Source: Octopus vulgaris (lineage: Eukaryota). Taken from it: a stretch of DNA of 64,000 bases. The DNA lies in assembly GCA_951406725.2 (NCBI GenBank), contig OX597825.1, positions 74,524,001 to 74,588,000 on the forward strand, written 5' to 3'. The translations under genes were made by a program, and so were the position numbers. The notes under the pieces are model-generated. The model had not been told where the DNA came from, did no database searches, and saw only the letters and a list, made by a program, of their open reading frames with translations. Position 1 is the stretch's first letter. The number at the start of each line of letters is the position of its first letter. Shown piece after piece: positions 25,370 to 39,275 of this stretch.

Positions 25370-26149
25370 TATGCGTGTGTGACATAATTCATGTGTGGAT
25401 GTGTGTAATAACATTAACTTCAGATGAGATAGCCATTTCATAAAGTTTCTAATGTATCATACGCCATTACTATATAAAAATACCTCGCATTTTAGCTTCC
25501 TTCACATCGTTTATTCATTGCTATGTTCTATCATTTCTAATATCGATTTAAAGAAATTTTCGTTTATTACACACAGGCAATGCATATTAGAAGTATTAGT
25601 GAAGGATTGAGAGTTAGTGGTTAAAGTATTCAGCTCATAATCATATGGTCCTGAGTTCGAGTCCCGGTGTCGCGCTGTACTTTTCAGCAAAACACTTTAT
25701 TTCACGTAGCTCCAGTCCACTCAGTTAGTAAAAAAAAATGTGTTATATCCGTATGATTTGTGTATTCCGCTGATCATATCAGCTGGAACCACTCGACGTC
25801 ATAAAATCGTGGAGGGCCACGCCAGGCAAGTATTTATAGCAATATGCATGTATATGATGCCGAAATTTTCGGAAGCGCTGGCATGAGAGTATTGTCAAGA
25901 TATTCGTTCTACAGCCATATCATTTTTCGTTCTTCCCCAATGTGCGAAACTGCTCTAGTTCCTGAACAACCAAAGCATGTGAGTGGATTGCCGTGTGTGT
26001 GTGTGTTAAATAAAATAAGACAGCAAAGCCAAGGTAGTGAGAAATTTCTAGGACATTTATAAAGTGATGGGATACAGCTGTTTCAGGGATATAAAGTGAT
26101 GGGATATCCTTTATATCTCTGGTGGTGGGATATCTTTTATATCTTGTGT

Positions 26150-26373
26150 TCCCCCAAGCTGGACAGGACGCCAATCCATCGCAGCGTTACTCAAGAAACA
26201 GGAAGAGAGAGTGAGAGACAGTTGTGGCGAAAGAATACAACAGGGGTCGACACCACCTCCTGCCGGAGCCTCGTGGAGCTTTTAGGTGTTTTCACTCAAT
26301 AAACACACAACGCCCGGTCTGGGAATTGAAACCGCGAGACCGCTGCCCTAACAACTATGCCATTGCGCCTCCG
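26150..26373 (-). mobile_element. tRNA-derived SINE family C
   Basis: The reverse complement matches 29914-30120 (GGAGGCGCAATGG...GGTTTCAATTCCCAGACCGGG...AAAACACCTAA). Confidence 0.8.
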
Positions 26374-27632
26374 CATACAAAGGAATCGATTCGAATTATT
26401 TAATTGAATAACAAGCAGTAAAAGTGGGAAAGACTTGTTTGCTAATGTCTATCCAAAGGTATGTAAGTTAGATTGCTATTTATCTGTGTTAAATATTTAG
26501 CAATTAATAATTTCAACACCTAAAACCGTTATTGTTGTACATTCAGCTCCATCTGTTTATGATCAGTAACCTATAATTTATAACACATATCATCGTTGCG
26601 AACATCCACGATGAATATACGATGAATATTAAATCATGCAGCTTAAAGATTTTTACTCAAGAAAAACGTATTGCATAATTATCGTAGAAAGAAAATTAGA
26701 GATGTATGGTTGTAACAAATTGCACATGAGTCTTTTAAACTTTACAGTATAAATTTAAACATCATGATAATCTATTAGTCCTCATTATATTAAGCCGTAA
26801 TGCTATTAGATGCAAGGTTAGAATAGGTATCATAGAGTATCGGATACTTTTTGTATCTGTATTTCATAGTACAGAAAGATTTGTTATCTTACTCACGTTA
26901 AGACAATAGGCAATTTATTGGATTACTGCCAAAGTCTGGATCAGCTTCTCCAAACTGCATTCATAAACAATTAAAATACTCATTTACAGTCTTTGTTTAG
27001 AACGTCAGCAGACAATACCTGAACTATACGTTATCTTTAAATTTAGTTTAAATTCTCTGTGGTAGCTGAAAGAATGTTTATATTACAAATGGTATTCAAA
27101 GTTCCAATGCAATAGTGCATGCCGTGAGAAACATATTGCGAAATATGTTAAATTTAAGCTATGAGCTACAGGCGAGAGTTTAATGTAGCGTCTAAATTTC
27201 CTTCCAATAACAAATAATGTATGTGCTATTTAGACAACATATTTAGGTTTGGGATCTAAATATCACCATTTATGTAGCCATTTAAATCGCTACAACCAGT
27301 AAGAATATCGTCTGCAAGCTGCACACTTTCACCTTTTATAAAAGCGTAAGATGAATACATTAGATAACGTAGCTTACAAACACTATGTCTGAAAAGTTGG
27401 TAAAACGTTTGTAGGTCCACTCCTGAAAATAGTATTGTTTTACACTTACTGTCAATTTTTCCAAATAATGCAAATCCTGCTTTCGCTGCCCACCTGTTCA
27501 CTCTTCGATTTCTGTTTTATATAATACGCATAGATTTTTCGCAAGTCCTTGTTAAAGACGGAAGCATAACACATATGACATAAGATATATTTTAGGAATT
27601 TTGAGATTACTGAATAGAAAAGGAGGAAACTC

Positions 27633-28073
27633 GGATCTTTTGGGTTGAACGGCAGTTTTTAACATAATTTCTAGGTAACTAAAGCATTTTAAACTTCGTA
27701 TACTGGTAGTATGTGTTTATAAAACATCTTTTTCTCTTGGCTTTATTGAGAAAATTCTATAGTTCGTAAGATATTTGTTGATGTTTTTTCTTCAATTTCT
27801 GCAATTTCAACCAATCTGTTGAGTTAAAAAGCATTCTGTGCCGTATGAATATGTCCCTCGTTTAAGAAACAGATTGGGGTTATTTACATTTCTGAAGAAA
27901 AAAAAGATACCCTTCCCCCACCCCTACCCTAACCCTAAACCTAACCCTAACCCTAACTAACCCTAACCCTAAAAGAGATTGAAATGCAATAGATCGATTC
28001 TAGGGTCATAATAATGGGTGACAATTTCATATGACACCGCTAGAAAAAACTGCCGTTCAAACCGAAAAGATCC
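27633..28073. mobile_element. Merlin-like MITE with internal (CCCTAA)n
   Basis: 28-bp TIRs GGATCTTTTGGGTTGAACGGCAGTTTTT / AAAAACTGCCGTTCAAACCGAAAAGATCC. Perfect 8-bp TSD GGAAACTC (27625-32, 28074-81). 5'-GG termini with an 8-bp TSD fit Merlin. Confidence 0.85.
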
Positions 28074-29913
28074 GGAAACTCTGTCCTAAGAGTGAAGAGA
28101 TTTTCTGAAAGTTCACAGGTAAAGTGCATCATCATCAGGAACGCTTGCACAGACGAATTCAAATTTTACTCATGTAGCAATGGTGAATCCAAGCGTATGT
28201 CGGAATATGCTTGCTCAATGTGCCGCGCAATGAAATAACAATGCGACTGAATCCGGAAACACAAAGTTGCGAATTATACATATACCGTCTCTGGGAAAAG
28301 ACGAGATGGCCATGTCTGGAACACTTTGCTCCATAAATCCCTCCTCTTTCGCAATAATGTGTAATGGGGTAAAGAGAAACACTAAAGAAACTGAACGTTT
28401 GTCTGTTTTTAATTTCTATTGAAAAAATATATAAAATGAAAGAAACTAACCGAATTTAGCTATGCAGACGAAAATCATTCTTTGGCAGTAATTATCTGTG
28501 TAAACAATTACTTTCAGAAACGAAGCCCAACAAGAGCCATTTAAGAATATAACTGACTCTGCTCTTCTGGTTGATATCTTGTTACTCTCATCACCGAGTT
28601 TATCTTTTAATATTGAAAAACTTTCAAACGGCATGTAGCATCAAATTTCACACTGATTCATGGATAGTTTGCATTAAAAATAATTTTATTTTATATTTTT
28701 CTTAATTTACCGCCTTTCATTGCTTTTTATCTTTCGCGGATTCTTTGAGTCTATTTAATAGAAACGAAAAATACCCTGATATGAAATAATTTGCGATTAA
28801 ATTAAGTTTTTTTTTATTACTAATTGGTATCTTACGCTAAGCAAAAATGATTTTCTATGTGTCTGTCGTTTAACGGTTTTTTGAAAAATATACGTAAGTG
28901 GATATCTATAAACGAGGATAATTCTCATATCTCATATATTGTGTGTTATTAACCTGTCTCACTCCATTAATACTAAAACGTTTGTTAATGTCAAAAAGTT
29001 TGTTGACCATGTTCTAATTGATGCGTTTTGATTTACGATTATGGTTATTTATTCTATAAAACTTTTAATGGCAATGGGATTCCTTATCATAAATCTTAAC
29101 TAAATTACATTTTTTAAAAGTTTCCAAATTCGAATATATCACAGCATAGTGTTCGTTATTTGATTTACTATCACCGAAATTCCCGGCAGGAGATTTTTTT
29201 TTGTGTTATGTAATTTCAGAATTTATGAAATATTAGTCGCCGCGTTCATATTTTCCTCACTATTTGGCAACTTTAATTTAAATTAAGTCATTTTACTTCG
29301 CTCTCTACATTGGCTATATTAGAAATTATTCAAATTATTATTGGATTTAGTGAATATTGGACCTTGACCAAGGACACCGAGGAGAAAACACGACATAAGT
29401 GTTACTGAAGTAGAAAAATAACACTTCAAATTGTATAACTGCGAGATCGGAAATTTGTTTGAAAGACTGCAAGAGAAGAGACTCCACTAGAAGACTAAGA
29501 GCACGTGAGGGCCTGGTGTTGACACTGAAGTTCTTCAGGGATGAGTTTACTATTCTTTGTACGTTGGTTCTTTGATTGGTAAAAAGTAAACTTTACGCAC
29601 AAATTCATTTTTGGTAAGTGTGTATAGTCTGATATGTTAATGATTTTATCAATGGTGACTGCAAAGTCGCACAGGTCCCCAGCCTTGTCGGCAAACTGCA
29701 GCCATGCTAAGGCACTTACAGGAAGAGTTTTGTCGATCAAATTGACCCCGGTGTTTATTTTAGAGTCTGGTAATTACTCTATAGGTCTCTTACAGTAGCG
29801 CTAGGTTACGGGGACGTAAACGAACGAACATCATTTGTAAATTGGTGGTGGGGATAGACACAAGCATATGTATATATGTGTGTGTGTGTGTGTGTATGTG
29901 TGTGTGTGTGTGT

Positions 29914-30120
29914 GGAGGCGCGATGGTCCACTGGTTAGGGCAGCGGACTCGCAGTCGTAGGATAGCGGTTTCCATTCCCAGACCGGACGTTGTGAGTTTT
30001 TATTGAGCGAAAACACCTAACGCTCCACGAGGCTCCGGCAGGGGGTGGTCGCGATCCCTGCTGTACTCTTACACCACAACTTTCTCTCACTCTTTCTTCT
30101 GTTGGCCTGCTGGATTAGCC
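29914..30120 (+). mobile_element. tRNA-derived SINE family C, nested in the microsatellite of an older family-A-like SINE
   Basis: GGAGGCGCGATGGTCCACTGGTTAGGGCAGCG head. Flanks 29690-29880 and 30150-30290 resemble a degraded family A copy (-). Confidence 0.78.
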
Positions 30121-30964
30121 ATTTGCAGGGTAAAACAATATATATATAGACACACACACATACATTTTCCGTCTCCCGAGGCATTAATCGGCCAGAGGGT
30201 ATAGTAAATAACACTTACCCAGAATTGAGTGCTGTGGAAGTCACCCAGACACAGGTGGTTGCAAAACGAACTTCTTAACCACACAACAAAGCTGTGACTA
30301 TATCGAGAATTATATAACTAAATCACCTAAAGTGTCCTTCATTTCATTTTTCTTAGAAAGGTGTGATTTGAGACTATTTGGCTACATTTTCTAGCAAAAT
30401 CACTAACACCTAAATGCTCCATTATCATAACTCCTGATATAATGGTTTCATCGTTGAAATCCCAAAATCAATTTCAATGAATTATTTACTATGATTATTC
30501 AACAATCCACTGAATATTTTAAAAGCAATACGCTTGTCAATATTAACGGATATATAAGCATTTAATGTACAAACACCGACTTTGAACTATCTGTACGAAG
30601 CTCGATACAGCATCAAACAAAATCATTTCAAATGCTTTGAACTTAGATATAAAGGAAATTTAAACACATTTATCAGATATTTGCATTTCTTGTTAGTAAA
30701 AATATCTTACTTTGAAATGTAGATTGAAATAATAAAAAAACAACTTTAGAATACTATTTGCATACGTCTTCACTGCAGTATGATTTCCAGTAGTTTTGCT
30801 CACGTGAAAACCATATTTAATAGTTTAATATTTTTATGAAATATGTTCAAACATATAACGGAATGAGTGGTGTTTTTAATACTTTGATCCAGTTTTGGAT
30901 ATTTTTCATTATTGGGATAACTGTATGACATAACAGGCTGAAACAACAATAATTGGTAAATTTA

Positions 30965-31065
30965 CATGTGTGTGTGTATGTGTGTATGTGTGTATGTGTG
31001 TGTGTACGTGTCTATGAGTGTGTGCGCGTGCATGTGTGTATGTGTGCATATAAACATAGACAGAC

Positions 31066-31120
<55 letters not shown>

Positions 31121-31175
31121 CAGGTAGGTAGGTAGGTATGTAGGTAGGTAAGTAGGTAGGTAGGTAGATAGATAA

Positions 31176-31250
<75 letters not shown>

Positions 31251-31260
31251 GGCAGACATA
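30965..31260. repeat. compound (TG)/(GATA)/(GGTA)/(GACA) microsatellite
   Basis: Seen directly. Confidence 0.95.
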
Positions 31261-31654
31261 TTAAAAGCGAAAGAAGAAAATACTTTGAGAACTTTATCGT
31301 AGATAAAAGAAAAGAGATATTAGTTTTAATTTTAAAAATGTAAGGCAAAATAAAAATGCAATAAGAGAAAGTAAATTTAATTAAACTAAATTAATGCTTC
31401 ATAACAGCTATTTTGGAAGTTCGCGAGATCTTCTAATAGTACTCGCATATTTTGCTAAAAATGCAAATATTTTCTTCCTTTTATTCATGATAAAAGTTCA
31501 CAAATCAACTTTCATTTTTGAATATAAATTTACTTGTGTGAAGCCTTTTAATCTTTTTAATAAGTATTTCTGAGCGTGCGTGTATATGTGTGTATGTAGG
31601 TATGTATGTATGTAGGTAGGTAGGTAGGTAGGTAGGTATGTAGGTAGGTAGGTA

Positions 31655-31997
31655 TACGGTAAATATCAAAAGTAAAATAAAGTGGGTTATGTAGTTTATT
31701 TATCGACCCCGAATGGATGAAAGGCAAAGTCGACCTCTTCGGAATTTGAACTAAGAACGTAACGTCTGACGAAATACCTATTTCTTTACTACTCACAAGG
31801 GGCTAAACCCAGAGGGGACAAACAAGGACAGACAAACGGATTCAGTCGATTATATCGATCCCAGTCCGTAACTGGTACTTAATTTATCGTCCCCAAAAGG
31901 ATGAAAGGCAAAGTCGACCTCGGCGGAATTTGAACTCAGAACGTAACGACTACGCATTTCGCCCGGCGTGCTAACGATTCTGCCAGCTCGCCGCCTT
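31655..31997 (-). mobile_element. tRNA-derived SINE family D (partly duplicated)
   Basis: Minus strand: GGCGGCGAGCTGGCAGAATCGTTAGCACGCCGGGCGAAATGCG...GAGTTCAAATTCCGCCGAGGTCGACTTTGCC. The internal segment occurs twice. Confidence 0.85.
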
Positions 31998-32606
31998 ATT
32001 TGAAACTAGTATATGTCATTTTATATATTTAATAACAGGCAGGTATCACGAGAAATAATTGAATAACAGTCATTGCTTTGAAACAGGTAGCGCACTTTCA
32101 AACATAGAACACATCATTTGTACGCTGTGTCTTTTATCGATATGCAATAACAGTTGGCTATAAGATCCAGTCACCGAGTGGCAACAGCATTTTTCAAGAT
32201 AACTGCCATAATGCTCCCATCGCGCATAACATAAAACGGGCCCAAACTATATTGAGATTGGTTTTCTTCATTGGTAAAATCGGTTTATACGTATCTATGA
32301 TATTGTATTGTATAAATTCGAACACACACACACACACACTCACTCACACACACGCACACATACACACACACGTACGTGGTGGAACTTAAAGATGCATACA
32401 TACATACATATACATACATATATACACATACAAGAATGCATGAATGCATACATACATGCATACTTACATACATACTTACATACATACGTACATACATACA
32501 TACATATATACATACATACATCTACAATAAGTACTGGGGTCAATGATTCGTTCGACCAAGTATCTTCAAGGCAGTGCTCAGCATGGCTGCAGTCCAATGA
32601 CTGAAA

Positions 32607-32671
<65 letters not shown>

Positions 32672-32674
32672 AAT

Positions 32675-33100
32675 TAGAACAAAACCACCTTTTATTCAAA
32701 TTAAATTATACCATTTAGAAAAATTACATCTTATAGAAAAATTAAATATAAGATAAAATGTATACCAATGATTAAGTAATGTGCAAAATAATAAATAAAA
32801 CGTATATATTTGGTAGAATAACTACACGTGTTATTTGTTAAGATAGTTCGTATTTTACAAGATTATATACGTATATCTATTAATTTATTTAATTGATTAT
32901 TTAATTGTTTTATTTTTAACCTGAAGAGTGACTATAATTATATTGAAGTGATTTTACGATTATCATTTCTTAAATATAGCCACGAAACACGTGTAGTTAT
33001 TCTGCCAAATACATTGGTATATGTATTATCTTATATTTAATCTTTCTATAAATGGTATAATTTAATGTTTTCATTATTGAATTGGTAAAAGGTGTTTTTT
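32675..33100 (+). mobile_element. short Penelope-like non-autonomous element with inverted terminal segment and hammerhead
   Basis: 32680-32832 is a diverged inverted copy of 32985-33100. It contains the hammerhead at 32917-32999 and lies between (TA)n arrays. Confidence 0.65.
32917..32999 (+). ncRNA. type I hammerhead ribozyme, canonical core
   Basis: TAAC-CTGAAGA-GTGACTATA...TATAGCCAC-GAAA-CACGTG-TA-GTTA. All core nucleotides and three stems present; palindromic stem III. Confidence 0.85.
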
Positions 33101-33184
33101 TAATTCATATATATTATATTTTGTGAAATTTTATTTAGTATTTCTAAATTGAATTTTTTCCCTGTAAGTTTGGAATAATATTTC

Positions 33185-33229
<45 letters not shown>

Positions 33230-33254
33230 ATATATATGTATACATATATATATA

Positions 33255-33300
<46 letters not shown>

Positions 33301-33827
33301 ATGCATGTATGTGTGCAAGTATGTATGTGCACGCACAGTCATTTCTACCGGTGATAAGAATAAGGTAGGAGCTAAACGTAGTGAGATGTGGCATCTTCAA
33401 CTAAATTCATATCTATTTCAGTACTAATATTCGTAATACCAGGTATATTTTGTTTGTATATTCTTGCGTGTATATAGATTATATGGGTGCATGTATTGTG
33501 AGCGTATATAGTGGTGGATGTGAAAGGGACAGGCAGCATTGTGGATAGAGTGCAAATCGAATTTCATAATTACATCTCCGACAAAGCCGTAAATATGTTA
33601 TTCTGATTTGCTATACAAATGGAATTTCTATCGCAGACTGTGGCTTCAAATTCTTTGTGGTGATGTTATGTCAATAAAAACAGTTAGGATCTCTAGTCAC
33701 ATCGTTATGAGTTTGAAGTGAAGTATTATCTTACATAATGAATGTGTGTGTATGCGTGTATGAGAGCGATATGTTTATTTTTGCACATTTTTGTGCAATA
33801 ATATATATAAATACATTCACATGTATG

Positions 33828-33898
<71 letters not shown>

Positions 33899-33957
33899 CT
33901 TTGAAATTATAAATATATGTACGTGTGTTTGAGTGAATGAATGTGTACATATATATG

Positions 33958-34000
<43 letters not shown>

Positions 34001-34004
<4 letters not shown>

Positions 34005-34412
34005 GAAATGAAGAAAATGCTGACAAATAATTGAAGTAATTTAAGTAATTTAATTAGGTGAAAGTTCTTTCGTTCATTTGTTATGCTTATCAAATATAAA
34101 AGAGAGATTAGAGTCTGTCTCTTATATGTGAAAAAAGAGGCTCCAGAGTTGTTTGGGATTTGTTTCGCGCTAAAATTTTGATTGGTCATTATGAAGGGGT
34201 CACGTGACCCCTTCATAATGACCAATCAAAATTTTAGGCGCGAAACCAAGCAAATCCCAAACAACTCTGTCTTTTTCACATATAAGAGACAGACTCTAAT
34301 CTCTTTTTATATTTTGATAAGCATAACAAATGCGCAACCTAAAAAGAACTTTCACCTAATTAAATTACTTAAATTACTTCAATTATTTGTCAGCATTTTC
34401 TTCATTTCCTTT
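34001..34412. repeat. spacerless ~410-bp palindrome (foldback/MITE-like) in TA context
   Basis: Centre GGGGTCAC|GTGACCCC at 34203/34204. Arms of ~205 bp differ by a few indels. TATA flanks. Confidence 0.92.
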
Positions 34413-34472
34413 ATATATCACCACTCGTGTTCGACATCTCCTTTTTTTAAATATATATATATATATATATAC

Positions 34473-34505
<33 letters not shown>

Positions 34506-34648
34506 TGTCCTGTGCCCATATATGCATGTATATATACATGTAGATGTAGTTACGTACATATATGTATGTATATATGCATATGTTTTATTTATTAATTTGT
34601 TATTATATGACGGAACGCACGCATCCATTTCTAGTAAGTTGGTTCTTA

Positions 34649-34691
<43 letters not shown>

Positions 34692-35587
34692 AATTTGACA
34701 TGGGTGATTCTTTCTTGTCTTAGTATTCATGGTCAAACGGCTGAGTGGAATTACTCGAAAAATTACACAGATGTGTAGAATGATCCAGTGGTGTTGCTGG
34801 GCTTTGTATTTTCCATAGCTCCTATGGTTATCGAGATAATCTGCTATAATAATACTCTTGTGTTTACGAATGAGAAAGGAAGGGGTGATAGATGAATAAG
34901 GAAGGAAGGGGTGATGTCATACTTGGTAGTGGGATGATGAAAATTGTACGCTGAAAAAATAAATCAAACAGCGTTTCAATTCTGTGTGAAAATATGTGTA
35001 TGTAAAAGGGGGAGTGTGAATGTGTGTGTGTGTACATGTGTGTTTGTATGTGTGTGAGTGTGTGCGCGCAATGGAATTGGGATGGTTCATCTTTGTTACG
35101 TTAGTATTTGAGTTCATTTTCTGATTTGGTTGAATCTTGGTTGGGCTTTTTTTGTTGTTGTTGGTCAGTTGTTTTTTGCGTTTTCACAGAAAAATTCATT
35201 CTAAACTTTTTTTTTAACGTAAGCGTGCCCAAACAAGTCGAATTATTACACAGAGCAGGTTTTATAGCCACATCATCCAAACCGACCGGGTGAAACCGGG
35301 CTTAGCTGCAAGTATATATATGTGTGTGTTTGTGTGTGTGTGTGTGTTGATTTAGAGGTTATAACAACCGTCTAAGGGATAACTTGTATCCAATGAATCC
35401 ACTGGTGTATTACCTACGTTTAATCATGAGCCTTGGTGTTAATGCTCATAAATGATAGGCAAGGACAAAATTAAAATAGAGTTTATCAATATTCACGAAA
35501 AACAGAAAATGGAAATACATTTAATGAATCACAATTGATTTACATCAATTATCATTTATCAATTAATTACGAAAGGACAGAATCTCA

Positions 35588-35705
35588 ACTTACAGCTGTT
35601 TCAGTTAGTATGATTCCCATGTCTAACCACCTCAATAATAGTAATGATAGTTATCTTTGTAGGTAATTAGTTATACCAAATTGAATCACGAAACTTCATC
35701 GGAGT
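35588..35705 (-). ncRNA. degenerate hammerhead motif (U4>C) with long stem II
   Basis: Minus strand: ACT-CCGATGA-...-GAAA-CAGCTG-TA-AGT. Same stem III as the 19631 motif. Confidence 0.5.
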
Positions 35706-36460
35706 GGAAAGGTAAATAAAATATAAGTAAAAAAAAGGAAAAAGTGAGAACGGGGTTAATCAATTATTGCTACATGCTGAGCCACTGTGAACCATTCGAT
35801 CGACTGGAATTTAGAAATAGAATAAGGGGTAGTTATAATTTTAAGTGGTATATTCCTATCTACATGGTGGGGGACGTGGGATAGAGATATAAATTGAGCA
35901 ATTTAGTTAAGTCAAAAAATAAAGTGAAAAAGTAGGAAAAAAATAATTAAAAATACCGGTAGTTATAGAACCAAATAATAACAGTTGACTATCATTTACT
36001 ATAATAGATTTCGAATGCATTTTTGTAATTATTATAATTATATCTAAAACAACCTCGAGTCTTGAGTAGGACTGGACCGGACAGTAAGAGGATACGATTG
36101 GTCAGCTAATTTTCAAATAAATTTTCGAAAACAAACGTTACCCACTGTAGTAAAAGGGTATATATGCCATAAGTCGCTTGTTTCAGTGAGTTTTAGAGGC
36201 ATCTAACTTTGAATTGAAGAGTTGGGGGTATAGTGGTTAAGAGGAGGTAATTACTGATTTATCAAGTAATTTCAATATTTATGAATGTATTACACTAGCG
36301 GTTAAGAGTGTATATAGCGACAGTTAAATTAGGCTAGGTTATGCAACATGCATAGATGGGCGGGATGTAACTAATTTATAATATTATATATCTCAATAAA
36401 CTGTTTTATATTTATATATAAATGCATAGGTATATATAAAAATATACACACATGCACACA

Positions 36461-36528
<68 letters not shown>

Positions 36529-36949
36529 TGTGTGTATGTATGTATGTATGTGTGTGTGTGTGTGTGTGTGTATACGGTAAATATCAAAAGTAAAATAAAG
36601 TGGGTTATGTAGGTTATCAGATAACAAAAAGAGGGCTGGTCAATCGGACTAGCCAGAGACTGGGAGGGTGGCGTGTATAACAGTGCATGTGCACCTTTAA
36701 CTTGCCGCGCCCCTTCGCGCACATATGGGCACTCAGAGGTCTAACCACATATACCAATGGATGTACCTGTGCATCAACAAGTGGCCATAAAGATACAGAT
36801 ATATATTCATGCGCACACATGAATATACAGTTATGTGTATATTACTATAGAAAGAAATATAAGAAGATACCTGTGCGAGAGGGAAGAGTTGATATTAAAT
36901 TGGTAAGTAATGAGAGTGTTATGTGGGGGAAATGGTGTTCCCATTGAAC

Positions 36950-37470
36950 AAGGATTTAAAACACCATTCTTTAAAATTTTGAGTTCAGATTTGTTGAATT
37001 TTTGAATCCGAAGATTTTTCACGATAACGAAAAACTTTTCGATTGAAGCGTTTTCATCTTTGGATGTCTATAAAACGAAATTAGATTAAGATTCAATGAA
37101 ATGCGAGCCGAAATCAGTTTATACTGCAGATTTTGCAAAGCAAGTGTCAAGCATCCAAGAAGTCGCAAACATAATGCAAGATCTTAAAATTAACCAGGCT
37201 TTGGGAGAAGTGACGAAGTTACAACTTCTGATACTAATCATACCTGCCACATTTGCTTTCGGTAAGAAAATCACTTTTTTTATTAAAGCGAGTAAATAAT
37301 TATATGACGTGTTCTCAAATTGAAGAGAGATTGATTGATTTGGTTTTCATTTGCATGAATAAAGAACTTTTGATGAAGATGAAGGTAGAGCTTGATGCTG
37401 ATACATTTTATAGCAAAATGATCGATGAATTTGGCAAAAAGAAACAAAGATTTGAACAAATTTGCAACTA
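36950..37470 (+). pseudogene. hAT transposase C-terminal dimerisation-domain remnant
   Basis: EVTKLQLLILIIPATFA... and LLKRVNNYMTCSQIEERLIDLVFICMNKELL...FYSKMIDEFGKK resemble the hAT pattern TxAxxERxFSxLKRxKxYLRxxxxxERL. Frameshifted. Confidence 0.8.
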
Positions 37471-37755
37471 AATTTTCAATATCACCTCAATTTCAGGTTC
37501 TAATATTTTCTCAGATTTCGCTTGTAACCAATAACGGCAATAAACATGGCCTGTTGGTAGAAGTGCATTTTCACACATTCAAGTCATTTCATATCACATA
37601 TCACATTCAGAGATGGAACGTGAGTGCATAGTTTTCGATGGGGTGAGTATAGTTTCATTGCTCCACTCTCTGACTTGGCAATTGGCTTCCATCGCGGGCT
37701 GCTTGCTCTGGTTTCGACATCTCTCACACACACACACATACTCTCTCTCTCTCTG

Positions 37756-37833
<78 letters not shown>

Positions 37834-37854
37834 TATATATGTACGTATGTATGT

Positions 37855-38056
37855 GACCGCGAGTGTATCGGTGGCGATTTTCTTTCTCCGTCTTCCCTTC
37901 CTTGGACTTTTCCTTTTTCTATATTTCTGACGAATAGCTCCGCTCGAAACGTTAAATCCTCCTTCTTTCTTTCCTTTCTTGAGCGTCCAATAACACTATA
38001 CATGTTCCACGTTCTCGCGTTATTGTGTTTTCTCTTTGTTCATGTTTGGATTAACT
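37855..38056 (+). mobile_element. ~200-bp TA-associated element carrying a minimal hammerhead (family H1)
   Basis: ATTT-CTGACGA-ATAGCTCCGCTC-GAAA-CG-TT-AAAT at 37923-37957. Homologous pieces at 50860, 46960 (-), 55668 (-) and 15400 (-). Confidence 0.75.
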
Positions 38057-38578
38057 ATATATATTTGTATATGCATATATATATGTGTGTATATGTATAT
38101 ATGCATATATACATACTTATACACGTATACATGTGCATATACACATATAAGTTGAGCATAATTATGTTCCGGATAGACCTTAAAATATTATGCGGGGTTG
38201 TTAACCTAGAATAAAGAATTTGTATTAAAACAAAATGCACTTTAAAACTATTTATTAGATATAAACATGGACTATAATTCCAAACAGAGAACGCATATGT
38301 TTATAATGTGTGTAGGCGAGTACATCTGTGCCTTGTGGGTAAAGAACCAGGAGATTTATATACGTATGTAAGTACATATATCAATATGCGAGTCTTTCTA
38401 TATATATACACATATATATAAATATGATACACATGTACATATATATGAGTATATGTGCATAGTTATATAAGCATGTATTATGCATGTATGTCAAAATATA
38501 TGCGTGTATACTAAAATAAGGTAAAAGATAAAAAATATTCATACGCATATACACATCAAACCCACACGTATATTTGTA

Positions 38579-38623
<45 letters not shown>

Positions 38624-38719
38624 ACGTATGCATATATATAGACACACACACATACATATATATATTTATATATATTAATATACATATACACACACAATTA
38701 TTTATATACACACACACAT

Positions 38720-38773
<54 letters not shown>

Positions 38774-39121
38774 GTATATATATATATATATTATGTATGT
38801 ATGTATGTGTTTATGTATGTATGTACGATTGTATGTATGTATGTATGTATGCATGTATGTATGCATGTATGTATGTACGTGTATGAAGATAAGAGCGCGC
38901 AGAAATTTTCAAATAACGTTGCTACTCCGTTCTGTCATTTTTTTCCCCTTTCAGTTCAACGTAGTTTTCTACTTCCATCCTATTCGAACAGAATTTGTCA
39001 TTTTCCTTCTCTTTTGTTTAGAAAACATCAATCAACGTGCCAATTGTCGAGGAGATGGCACGTTGCAGAAGTCTTTTTCAAACTGCAAATAAAAAGGAAC
39101 ATATTTATACAAAATATTTAC

Positions 39122-39275
<154 letters not shown>

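Noticed and set aside
27921-27972. Chromosome end or telomere
   Set aside because: Short degenerate tract inside a TIR- and TSD-bounded element.
28095-28142. Minus-strand CTGATGA-TGA...TCA-GAAA
   Set aside because: No stem I; probably a chance match from a (CAT)n run.
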